A stretch of DNA of 63,870 nucleotides, counting the filler, from Calcarisporiella thermophila CBS 279.70 (taxonomy: Eukaryota > Fungi > Calcarisporiellomycota): NCBI RefSeq assembly GCF_041956535.1. It is 3 parts of 3 records of this genome, joined end to end, with 100 filler letters (N's around TTAATTAATTAA, not from the genome) between each part and the next. Parts side by side here need not be neighbours in the genome. Positions count along the whole stretch, not along the records: positions 1 to 31,801 come from NW_027192203.1; 2 more parts are not named here. The stretch is one strand, 5' to 3'. Below, piece after piece: positions 13,121 to 24,586 of this stretch (positions are counted from its first letter, which is position 1; each line of letters opens with the position of its first letter). The translations under genes were made by a program, and so were the position numbers. The notes beneath the pieces were generated by a model that had not been told where the DNA came from, did not search any database, and was given only the letters and a program-made list of their open reading frames with translations.

Positions 13121-15304
13121 ATGTCTTCAGCAAACACAGTTCTCGACGTTATTATTGGGGTAAGCGTCTCGCTCATCGCGTCAGTGATGAATGCATTGGG
13201 CCTCAATTTGCTCAAGCTCGATCACGTACGCAACCAACAGCGATCCGAACATTTGCAACGACATGAATGTGGCCGGCCGCTATGGCATATTGGACTGTAT
13301 CTCTATGCTGCGAGTCAGATTATCGGGAGCACGGTTGCATTAAGTAGGTTTTTACAGAAGAACAAAAATGAGGAGTATTTTAACGGTTTCATTTGCTCTC
13401 TAGATTTTTTACGTGCACAGTGGGTTGCTCCTCTCGGCTCAGCCTCGCTTATATTCAATTTCATCTTTGCGAGGATGCTTGTCGGCACACGTATCACTCG
13501 TCAAGACGTGATCGGTACATGTGTGGTGATCGCAAGCGTAATTGTTATTGTGGTTGTGAGCGGAATGGGCGGAGATCCGCAAGGTGAATACTGCTTTGTG
13601 TCTTTTAGTATTTTCAATTTTCATTTTAATTTATCTTATCATTTTCTATTACTTCATCCCACTTAGATGAAGACATTAGTCTTGAAAACCTCAAGATACT
13701 CTTCATTCGACGCGAATTTATCATCTACTTCTCGGTTCTCAATTTCCTCACGCTCATTGCTCTCTGTTTCTCCATTTATTCGTCGTGGCTGCTCAATAAT
13801 GAAAAGCAACGAATACGCGTGGCCCTTTTCAGATCAATGAGCTTGAAGCGTATGAAGAAAATCGTTGGAATGTGCATGGCCGGGGTTGGTGGTTTGATTG
13901 CTAGTCAGACGCTGTTATTGGCAAAGAGCGGGTAAATTTTGCATTTTTTGATACAGTCTTTGAATCTTGTGGTTCGTCCTTGCTCACCTCGAGTTGATAA
14001 TTTCCAGCGTAAAGCTCTTTGTTAAAACGACCCAGGGGTCAAATCAGTTCACGAACGCGTTGAGTTGGTTCATATTCGGTGCTCTAATTGTAACAGCAGT
14101 CCTTCAGGTAGATTCATATTTTAAACAGACGCACGCTAACATTTCATTGCATGCACTTACCGGCTACCTTTAGATCTATTGTCTGAACACTGCGCTCAAG
14201 CTATATGACTCCGTCGCCATTGTCCCGATGTTTTTTGGATCATACACAGTAATGGGCATGATAAACTCGATGATATACCTGGACCAGCTGTCTAAAACTC
14301 CTGGATGGATCATTGCGCTTGTGATGCTGGGCATTGGAGTGCTGATCTATGGAGTCTATCTGTTAAGTGCAACCAAGCCCGAGGTGTCGGATCCCAGCGA
14401 ACTGGACTCTCATGGGGAGATTGAGCTAGAGCCAAACAAAGAGCAAGTGATGCGTGAATTCGAGGATGATACCACAAGTGTTGGCGGCTCTAGTTTTGCA
14501 GCCAGTAGTAGTGCAGCGGAAACATATCGAGCTGCAGGCAGCGATGTGGACATTTTGGTGGATTCGTATGGGCGACGAAAATCTTCAAAACGGAAATTTC
14601 CGCTGTTCAAAAATAAAAAGCGACTGTTTGGGGGACGACCAAGGGCTTCCTCGTGGGACTCCAAGAACCATGAGCGGTTGCGGGGTGGATCGATAAGCTC
14701 AGAGGCGTCTGCATCCATTGTAAATAGAGACGATGGGGCCACAAGCATGGGCAGGGAGGTGACCACGGCCGATCATAATTCCGTTGAGGTCGATGCCATT
14801 GTTGCGACATGTACGTCCACACGAAGTAGCATTGATGTGGGACAAATTCATAAACGGATCTGGAATTCCCCCATTTCACCCTCCGACCCACACACCTCCT
14901 CCATACCTCCTCTACCTCCCCCCTCTAAATATCCTTCCGTTGCCACCACCTCCTCTGCTTTCTCTATTGCCACCACTTCCGAGTTACCAACTCCTTTCGC
15001 TTCCTCATTATCTAGCGCACAGAGCCAGCCCGCATTGCCCGCGATGAACACCAGCTCGCTGGACCCACACCGATTATCACTCGACGTGGCTGCAACCTAT
15101 TTCGCCAGAGACGAGACTAGTGACGGGAGCCGCAAACGACCGCTGTCATTTCCTGCCAGTTTGAACGGGACATCCTCCAATGAGTTGCATACAAAGCCGT
15201 CGCTAGACGCCGTGTCAGCCCAGCCCCACGCGGCGTCAATCCATCCGAATGGGATTGGGCTAGGATTGCTTCTGCAACCCATCAAGGAAAGTGAAAGTAG
15301 ATAA
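13121..15304 (+). CDS. NIPA-family (DMT superfamily) Mg2+ transporter-like protein with long Ser/Pro-rich tail, multi-exon
   Basis: SVMNALGLNLLK, RPLWHIG, VAPLGSASLIFNFIFA, LNTALKLYDSVAIVP; multiple TM segments. Confidence 0.8.
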
Positions 15305-15799
15305 AGTAGATATGTTAGTATTCAGTGGCTCTTTTTATTATTAGTATCTTGGCATGTATTTTATATATATTTTTGTGGATGTTTTTCTTTCTCCTCACTA
15401 CTATATTCTTTGATTTTTCCTCCCCTTTATCTTACTATGGCTATTTTACCGATTTCCCTCGCTATTATATGCTCTCTTTATCTTGTTCAGCACAGTATTA
15501 GGGGTGGGAAAGGCTCACTTCGTTACTTGCAAGGATCTATATATTTTTTCTAATTTTGTCGAGGTTTTTATTCGACTCGTTTATCTCTATCGCTGTTGTA
15601 ATTGAAAATCTTTTTTTTTATAACCCATCCAAATTATATTATATAAAAACGAGATTAATATCGAATCGTCAGGCAAATAAGACAGAAGCTATTAAAAAAA
15701 TAACAAGAAAAACCTGTAAAACCAATCTAGATTCAATCGACATGTGACGCACCCATTAGGGTGCAGGAGGAGATGCGGTCCTCCCGTGCCCGTTGACTT

Positions 15800-16639
15800 T
15801 TATCGGCGGAATGGAAACATTGGCAGGGTAAAAGTAGAAGTTTGCGGCGTTAACAAGTGACCCAACGCAGTATACCAAGCAATACAAGCGGTTACAATCC
15901 CGCAACTTCCCCCCGCGACCTTGAGCCTAGAGCTCTCCTGAAAGTCCGCGGCAGTCAGTAGAATGAAGGTTAAAAATAGGCATGAAAACAGTACGACGAG
16001 GCAGCCGTTGGATCGATGAGCCGCAATAAGCATTATTCCTGTGAAGATGGTCCAACCTGAACGAGATCCAGGAGGATAATATTGTGGGGGGGAGGATGGA
16101 GAGAAATTTAGTTCACGCTAGGGAGATAAAATATTCATTTACGGCCATAGTTTTATTTGACCTTACCCAGAAGAAAAATGGCCACTGCATGCGAGAGTTC
16201 AGACTTGGTGACATTGGCGTATGCTGCTAGAACACCTGTCCCTGGGATCTGAATCACGGCGTACGAAAGCCTTTACAAGAACGATTTAATGAGCTTTTTC
16301 AGCCGTAGTCGTAATAGAATATAGTATGAAAAATTCTGCTGAAACATACCAAAATGCACCGTAGGAGATAAATGCAGTACATCCAAATGTGTTTCCGACC
16401 ACGAAATCCATTATCCCAGCTAACATCTGGGCAAGCCCGCCATAGAAAACCGCTAACCCGACGACGATATTCGGTGGAGTAGTCGCTTGGATCCCGACGG
16501 CGGCATTATATAGAGATAGGACAAATGTTGTCAGTGCAAATCCGCAAAGTCCAAGGGGAGCGGGGTCTGCAAAGGCGCGTGGAGCTGGTGCAGGTGGTAG
16601 CTCAATGTATCGATCTTTGAGTTCATAATTTTCCGCCAT
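15800..16639 (-). CDS. ADY2: GPR1/FUN34/YaaH (ATO/SatP) acetate transporter, 3 exons
   Basis: [56 protein letters not shown]. Confidence 0.9.
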
Positions 16640-17445
16640 TTCGAAGCAGTGGAACGGCCTTAGAGATATTTTCTGTATAAAGGAGAGGGGGATATATTGA
16701 TGTAAGAAAGCAAGGAATGAAAATTAGAGTAATGAAAATAGTAAAAGAGAGGAACGATTTGATGTAGCGCGATAATTACAACAAAAAAAAGTGAATAGAA
16801 ACTGTGAGCAAAACAAAAAAAAAACGGGTCAATTTCACTTGACCATAATTAAGCTCTGTTTGCTCCACCATTAATTAGTACTTGAAATGGCAGGAATTTA
16901 ATACACTTGGTAAAGATTCGAGATAGGCCGATGAAATGAATTGGAAGCGATTCGCTTTTGTTGCGTCACGGTGTGATATTTGTCTAGCTATTCAACGGTG
17001 GTATAGTACCGTCTAAGCAATCACTGTGCATATTTTTTTTTTCTATTATTATTCTTACAAGGAGTAACGACAGTATTGCGAATAGTATACTATGTGCGAT
17101 GCTGCGTACATCCTGAAGGAATCTGTACACCTTAATATTTTCATTTTCCGGCCAGGGCGATGTCTCTTGACCAAGCCTGAAAAAAATAATCAATATGCTA
17201 GTCCTTGTTAAACTTTGATCAAATTCGCAGAAGTACAGATGAAAGGAGAGTTAAGGAAAAGCTACCCCGCCCCCTACAAGCTTTTCATTCACAGCACGAC
17301 CTTTTACATCCCAACAGAAACGGAGAAAGTATAAAAAAAGAAGAAAAACGAAAACTGAGGGTAATATAAAAAGGGAAAACAACCAATATATTCGAATGAA
17401 AACTAAGTTTATGGTACCTCGCGCAAAAGGAGGTAGAAAGGTGAT

Positions 17446-18183
17446 TTACCGGTCCTCCGCCCATTCTGGTGGATTAGAATACAAGAATCTTTGTTATCTC
17501 CACTTCCGTCGCTATGCCAAGAGAATAATAGGGTTTACCGTTTTCTTTGCGAATCTGCTCTTCCTCTTCCGGCGTAAAATCATTCACAATATTGAAAGTC
17601 TTGCGAATCTCCTCAGCTGTTTTCCCCTTAATCATGTTAGCCACAGTTTTGCAAGTGAGATCAAGCAAAGGTTTAATATCCAAGTAGTTTGCTGCCTGTT
17701 GGTCATTATTTAGATTTTGGGTTAAAATCCAAATTACCTTTGAAATATATGCATGGAATTTACCAAAATCAGTTCAAATAATGTGCCTTGATCAACATTG
17801 CAAAAATTTCTATCCCATTCATCAATATCATCCGATGATTTAGCTTTGCTGTCATCTTCATGGGGGGGATCGTTTCGATGATGTGTGTTGTACTCGATCA
17901 CCTTTTCCAAAATAGGGGCGCTGACATTTGGGAGCGGAATTGCTGTGAAAAGAAAGATCATGCAAGTGGTAAGTGTAAAATTAGAGCGTGGCCAATGGAT
18001 GACATTCGAATTAGTGTAAGCAAGGATCAAAATAATTTTCTTACCAGTCTCAGATTCACCAATGTCTTCAAGCATGTTCTTGAGTAGAATAGATTTTTCC
18101 GCAATCTCGCGATCTACAGTAAACTCTGTTCCTTCCTGCGATTTAAGGATAACTTTTTTGTTGTCACTGATTTGATCGGTCAT
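17446..18183 (-). CDS. SKP1: SCF ubiquitin ligase subunit SKP1, 4 exons
   Basis: [63 protein letters not shown]. Confidence 0.97.
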
Positions 18184-18496
18184 CTTTAAGTTCGATCAGA
18201 GATGTTACGATTTAAGAGAGAGGTGAGGCTAGTCTGAATAGAAAAAAGAAAAATTGGGAATTTTTAAATTTTAAATTTCTCTGTGTTGTGACGAGCGTTT
18301 TGAAACAATAGCCTAGAGCCTAGTATTAGAAACCCGCGCTTGCACAGCAATACTATTGAAATGCATATGGCCCCGATGAACTTGTTTTGAAAATGGTGTA
18401 CTCTAGCACACGCGTTTATTGACCATGTAACTGCCAACCTGAGGAAGTGCCATAGAGAATAGGGAACTATGGGAAATACTCTCTTGGCCCGATTTC

Positions 18497-19705
18497 CTAT
18501 TTTGCTCTGAGTAGGCGTGCGACTTGAAGCGCCATTTCCTTTTCTTCGTCGGTTGCCACAACCATGACGCGGACCGTCGCTCCCTCGTCGCTCACGTCGA
18601 CCACCGTCCCTCCGCCCCCTTCCCTTAATACCTCCGCCGCCCGGGCATTGGCTTCGCTGTTGAGCTTCACCCCTAGCCACTTCAGCTTGCTGCAAACTGC
18701 CTCGCGCAGCTCTGCGGAATTTTCCCCGGCTCCTCCGGTGAACACCACCGCATCCGCCCCCTCAAGCTCGACAAAATACGCCCCAACATAGTGCTGCACC
18801 CTTTGCACAAATACATCGAACCCGAGTTTCGCGTCGCTGTCCCCTTGTTGCACTCTTTTCACAATCTCCCTGAAGTCCGCGGTGCCCGCAATTGCTTTCA
18901 GCCCGCACTCTTTATTGAGAACGTATTCAGCATGCGAGAGGGTGTGATGCAAGCGGTCTACCTCGGTAGATTTATCTGGCAGCGGGACGAAGTGGAACAC
19001 AGCGCCTGGATCAATGTCGCCTGAACGCGTCCCCCCTGGAAGACCCGATACAGGCGTGAGCCCCATGGATGTGTCGCAGCTTCTCCCACCACTGATGGCG
19101 CATGCACTCGACCCACTGCCTAAATGCAGCGCGATGATTCGCAGCTCTTCCTCCTTTCGCTCAAGTTCTTGGGCCACACGCCTGGATACGAATGCGTAAG
19201 AGATACCATGGAAGCCGTATTTTCGAATCCCTTGGTCGCGGTACTTGCGAGGAATGGAGTAGCTATATACGCGTGGCTCCATCGTACTATGGAAAGCGAC
19301 ATCAAATACTGCGTAGTGTGTGGCGCCAGCGAATTTTTCCATGCAGGCACGGCATACGGCCACTCCTGACCCGTTGTGCAATGGCGCCAGATTCGTCAAG
19401 GAGTCGATCCGGCTGAGAGTGTCTTCATCGAGTTTCGTGGGGTTCCAGAATTGACCTCCTCCGTGAACTATGCGATGAATAATAACCTCTACCTTATGTT
19501 CTGACTCTAACGCCTGCATTACGATGGCTACTGCGGCGCCATGGTCCGGTGCATTGACATTTTTCTCCTCATGGTTGAATTTGAGCTTGGCATTAGACCC
19601 GATGCTGGTCACATTTCCCTGAACAAGGGCTCGCGAAAAATCAGAGCTATCATAAACCTTGAACTTAAGGCTTGAAGAGCCAGCGTTTAATGTTAGAAAC
19701 TTCAT
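18497..19705 (-). CDS. ackA: Acetate kinase, intronless, 402 aa
   Basis: LNAGSSSLKF, HRIVHGG, APLHN, FDVAFH, RKYGFHGISY, HLGSGSS, DTSMGLTP, GTRSGDIDP, VFTGGAGEN, TDEE. Confidence 0.95.
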   Translation of the reverse strand: MKFLTLNAGSSSLKFKVYDSSDFSRALVQGNVTSIGSNAKLKFNHEEKNVNAPDHGAAVAIVMQALESEHKVEVIIHRIVHGGGQFWNPTKLDEDTLSRIDSLTNLAPLHNGSGVAVCRACMEKFAGATHYAVFDVAFHSTMEPRVYSYSIPRKYRDQGIRKYGFHGISYAFVSRRVAQELERKEEELRIIALHLGSGSSACAISGGRSCDTSMGLTPVSGLPGGTRSGDIDPGAVFHFVPLPDKSTEVDRLHHTLSHAEYVLNKECGLKAIAGTADFREIVKRVQQGDSDAKLGFDVFVQRVQHYVGAYFVELEGADAVVFTGGAGENSAELREAVCSKLKWLGVKLNSEANARAAEVLREGGGGTVVDVSDEGATVRVMVVATDEEKEMALQVARLLRAK

Positions 19706-20164
19706 TATCTCTTCCAGAGTAACTGCGACTTTTCTTCTTTTAAATTTAAACAGTAAAGAACTAGTATTTCAACCTCGAGGAAGTGGTGGCAAACCTATTT
19801 GCCTATTTGCCTATTGCCTAATAATGAGATTGGCGTGTGAAAACGTGAATTATAAAGGCCTTATTTATTATCAAAGAATTGAAAGAAAAAAGAAAATTCA
19901 TAGGAGTAAAAGAAAATTATATAGAGAAAAAAAAAGAGACGTTTACCATACCCATCAAAAAGCATCGCTTAATATTTTAGGAAATGTGAAAAGTTAAAAA
20001 AAAAAGGAATGAAGAAAAGAAAGAGCAAGAAAAAAAAGACAAATTACACTAAATGATGGACTAAAAAAGAGAATAAACGAATATACTCTTTTCTATTCTT
20101 CAATGCTAAACAAAGGAAAAACAACAGATAGAAAAAAAATTCATTAAATGGTGAATTATAACTT

Positions 20165-21040
<876 letters not shown>

Positions 21041-21455
21041 CGCGTAGGTTACTTTCTCTTGATTTCTAATAAATTATTAACAGACGAAATAGTATATATT
21101 TTTTATATAAATATATATGCTATTGAAAAGATAAAAAATGGACGAAAAGAGGTTTGAGTAAAGGAGATTTTTTTTTCGTCGATTTCTTTGTCTTCTTACA
21201 GTTGCTTTTCCTTCGCCGGAGAACGGAAAATTTGTGTGACGTAGTCTCGCCTTCTAACCTAACCTTATTAAGGCGCTTTTTTCTACCTTTTATCGATAAT
21301 GCAAAAACCCCTCTCATCTCTTTTTGTGGCTCCTCTTTTCTCTTATTTTTATCATTCCTCTTTTCCTTCGCCATCTTCTACAGTTAATAATAATCCTTCG
21401 AGGGAAATATTCCACCTCACTCTTGTAAATATCTCTAATTATATACAATACAACT

Positions 21456-21961
21456 ATGAGCATGCTTGATAATTCCCACTCCATCATCACTCCTGTCCCT
21501 AAACGACTTCTCTCGTGCAATTTCTGTGTGGATGGTAACTCGGAGCTTTACAAAGAGCCTGAGATTATCAGGTATGTGAATGCCTCAATATTCATCCTAC
21601 GCATTATTACTCGCTTCAACCTGAATTTCTAATACATATGTACTCCCTTTGTTTCATCAGAGAAAATTCGGATGATGACGTCTGGGATATTGCTAACCGT
21701 GAGTTTGCTGAGATAATGTCTCGCTCTTCTCTTTCTTCTGAGCCTGGCGATGAAGATCCCATCACCGAGCCTTTGCTCCAGCCTCAACGAGCTCACGGTT
21801 GCTCCTGGCGTATGAAAACGGAAGAAATTGCTCCAAATCATGTATTTTTGCACCATCTTACACCTCTACCCATCGCACCCTCTCCTATCCGTAGGGCAGA
21901 GAATCCTCTCCCCTTGAATCCTTCTTTCAGTTTCCTCTCTGCTCCATTGACTGCTCCCTAA
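21456..21961 (+). CDS. Hypothetical 138-aa protein, 2 exons (21456-21571, 21661-21961)
   Basis: ATG at 21456; intron 21572-21660 (GTATGT..CTAAT..CATCAG) joins in frame to ORF 21638-21961. No family recognised. Confidence 0.6.
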
Positions 21962-22478
21962 GTCAGCCCAACTACTTATTTTGAGCATATGAAATGATAT
22001 CAATCTATTATCTTCTTATATTTTATATTAATTTTTTTTTTTGCTCCTATTTATATTATCATATATAGAAAAAAGAAGCTACTGCGAGTTTAGGCAGATG
22101 ATTTTTTTTTTTCGTTTTTGTATATTTATGAGTGTAAAAAGTTCCCTATACTCTTTTTTCTTGATCAGTTTTCCTTTCTAAAATGCAAATATTGTGTTTC
22201 CCTCCTCTCTTTTACTCAGCTCTTTTTATGATTTCTTACTCATTGCATTTCCGTTTTATGCTGCCCTATATATTCATATATAGGTTTTAATGCGCCTTTC
22301 TATTTTCGAAATTATTATAATTATTTTATATAAATTCTATTGGTTTTTCATCGATATATATATATCATTTTCTTTGCAGGCCTGGAAGGAAAAAAAAATG
22401 CTCAGATTTATTCCACTAAGAATGAGTCAGCAGTACGGAATCATTAATATGTACACGACGCCAGTAATCAAGGACAAC

Positions 22479-24398
22479 TTAGGTAGACAATACCCCGCTG
22501 TTATGAATTGCCTTCACTGCTTCTAGTGCACAACGCACTATGGGCTCAACTCGCGATTTGCGCGCCAGCTGTGCAAGTTTTTCCACTATCCCCGCCTTCA
22601 CCATTTTTTCAGCTATCTCTTTATTATCGCAGGAGGCCATATTCTTTAAACATTCTGCTCCCCGATGCTGCGCTTCAGGAGATTCCTCCTCCACCAAAGC
22701 AGAGAGTACTTCGAACCCTCGTTTATTGTCGGCTATTAACTTGCACACCTCAGGAGCATTGGACAGAATGGCTAGCGCACCGGATGCTGCCCGACGTGTT
22801 TCGAAATCCTCTACATCCGAGAGAGCAAGGAGAAGATGAATACGGTTGGCGTTCACATAGCGTGCGAAAACTGCCTCACAAAACATTAAGTTGCAAAGGC
22901 ACTCAGTGGCTGCCCTCCTAATCAGCGTATTATCCGAGATTTGAAGTTGTTCAATATGCCCAATAGCTTCAAGTTGCACTACCCTTTCGCGTGCAGCATC
23001 GTCGACAGAGCACAGGTTGGTTAAGGCCATCAAACCTTCGAACTGGCGTAATCCGTCTTCTCCCTTTAGCAGCTCGATGAAAGGACGCACCATGTCGCTA
23101 ATATTGCCTTGCCGAAAAGCAAGGCGTGGGTCGGTTGTAATCGTAATTTTGGCAAGCGCGTGGGCAGCGTATTGCTGTCCCTCCTTTGTGTTTCCCTGAA
23201 GAAGGGAAATAAGTGCCCGTATTCCTCCTTGCTGAATAATCTGCCCACGTTCTGATTGCGGGGTGGAGATGTGAAGTAATGCAAGGGCCACCATTTGCTT
23301 TACATTCTGGCTCGTACTTTTTGCAAGCTGTACCAGTGCTGTGATTCCACCCAATTTTGTTACCTGCGCTATGCGCTTTTCAACATTCACGTCTTCTTCT
23401 CTACTATCAGTGTCCGTATCATTGGCTTTATCTGTTTTTCCTTCTTTTTGCCGTTGCTTCATTGCAACCATTCTGCTAAGCTTCTGCATTTGTTGCTGCT
23501 CCTCCGTCAATCTTGGGCGATATGCTACCAAATTCTGAATAATTATTGCCACTCCATACTGTAGCGGGCCGTTCTGCTCGTCGCCTGAACCTAAGGCCTT
23601 CTTTGCTAGGTTAAATATTGCCTTCAAAAGCGCCTCGTCCTGTACTAGTTTTTCTTTCACATCTGGCTGAAGACTTGAATAGGATAGGCCTTCGATAGCA
23701 TTAAGTAGAGTTGATGCTGAAGAATCTGATATGATCATCTCACGGAACATGGCAAGGAACTCGGTATCATCATTCCTATCAGATACTTCATTTATTGTAC
23801 TCTCTCCCCCTTGGTTTTGTGGGTTCATTCTTACTTTTATCGATGCTATTGCGGCAGCAGAGCGGAGTCGTGGATCAGCGCTTTTTTGTTTCATCACAAT
23901 GTCAAGGTAGTTTGAACAGTACGTATAAATGGTGGCACGACATTTTTGACTCGAACAGGCCTCAGCTATTAACTCACTGATCACCACCTGGAGTTCGGTG
24001 GGTTCATCCTCTAAACCATCCATTAGTTCCTGTAAAAACCCCTCTTTCATTAAGATGCTCTCTCCAACATCTCCACGCGTCCGAAAAATGACCAAATGGC
24101 ATGCAGCAGCTAGTTTGCGATCATGAAGCTTTGTGGATGCAGAAAGTCGCGTAATTATTGATTCGACACGGGTCGTAGGCGCTGTAGCAGACTCGAGGCA
24201 TTTACTGATGACCAGAAACGATAGTGTATCTTTGAAATTCGAAGTGTTAGAGGAATACGGAATAAGTAATCTTTCGCCTGCTTGCAAAAGGACATCCTCA
24301 AAAGCAGACGAAGAAAGGAATTCGTCACTTTCAGAAGGATCTTGTGTTAATCGACGAAGGATATCTTCAAGGTTACTGTCCGCTAACACAACTGCCAT
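22479..24398 (-). CDS. SHE4: UCS-domain myosin chaperone (UNC-45/She4/Cro1), ARM repeats, intronless
   Basis: RGQIIQQGG, AAHALAKITITTDPRLAF, FEGLMALTNL, IRRAATECLCNL, TRRAASGALAIL. Confidence 0.92.
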   Translation of the reverse strand: MAVVLADSNLEDILRRLTQDPSESDEFLSSSAFEDVLLQAGERLLIPYSSNTSNFKDTLSFLVISKCLESATAPTTRVESIITRLSASTKLHDRKLAAACHLVIFRTRGDVGESILMKEGFLQELMDGLEDEPTELQVVISELIAEACSSQKCRATIYTYCSNYLDIVMKQKSADPRLRSAAAIASIKVRMNPQNQGGESTINEVSDRNDDTEFLAMFREMIISDSSASTLLNAIEGLSYSSLQPDVKEKLVQDEALLKAIFNLAKKALGSGDEQNGPLQYGVAIIIQNLVAYRPRLTEEQQQMQKLSRMVAMKQRQKEGKTDKANDTDTDSREEDVNVEKRIAQVTKLGGITALVQLAKSTSQNVKQMVALALLHISTPQSERGQIIQQGGIRALISLLQGNTKEGQQYAAHALAKITITTDPRLAFRQGNISDMVRPFIELLKGEDGLRQFEGLMALTNLCSVDDAARERVVQLEAIGHIEQLQISDNTLIRRAATECLCNLMFCEAVFARYVNANRIHLLLALSDVEDFETRRAASGALAILSNAPEVCKLIADNKRGFEVLSALVEEESPEAQHRGAECLKNMASCDNKEIAEKMVKAGIVEKLAQLARKSRVEPIVRCALEAVKAIHNSGVLST

Positions 24399-24586
24399 TA
24401 TGGTAAAAAACGTAATATCTTGTACTAGAAGGGCAATTCAAATATATAAGAAATTAAACGTCACATAATTGAGAACAAGATAGTTGGTTTTTAATGTATT
24501 CACGCACATCCATCATTATAGTGGGAAAATATAATTAGGGAAAGAGACTGTGTACCTAAGCTTTATACACTGTTAAGCTTGTTGCC

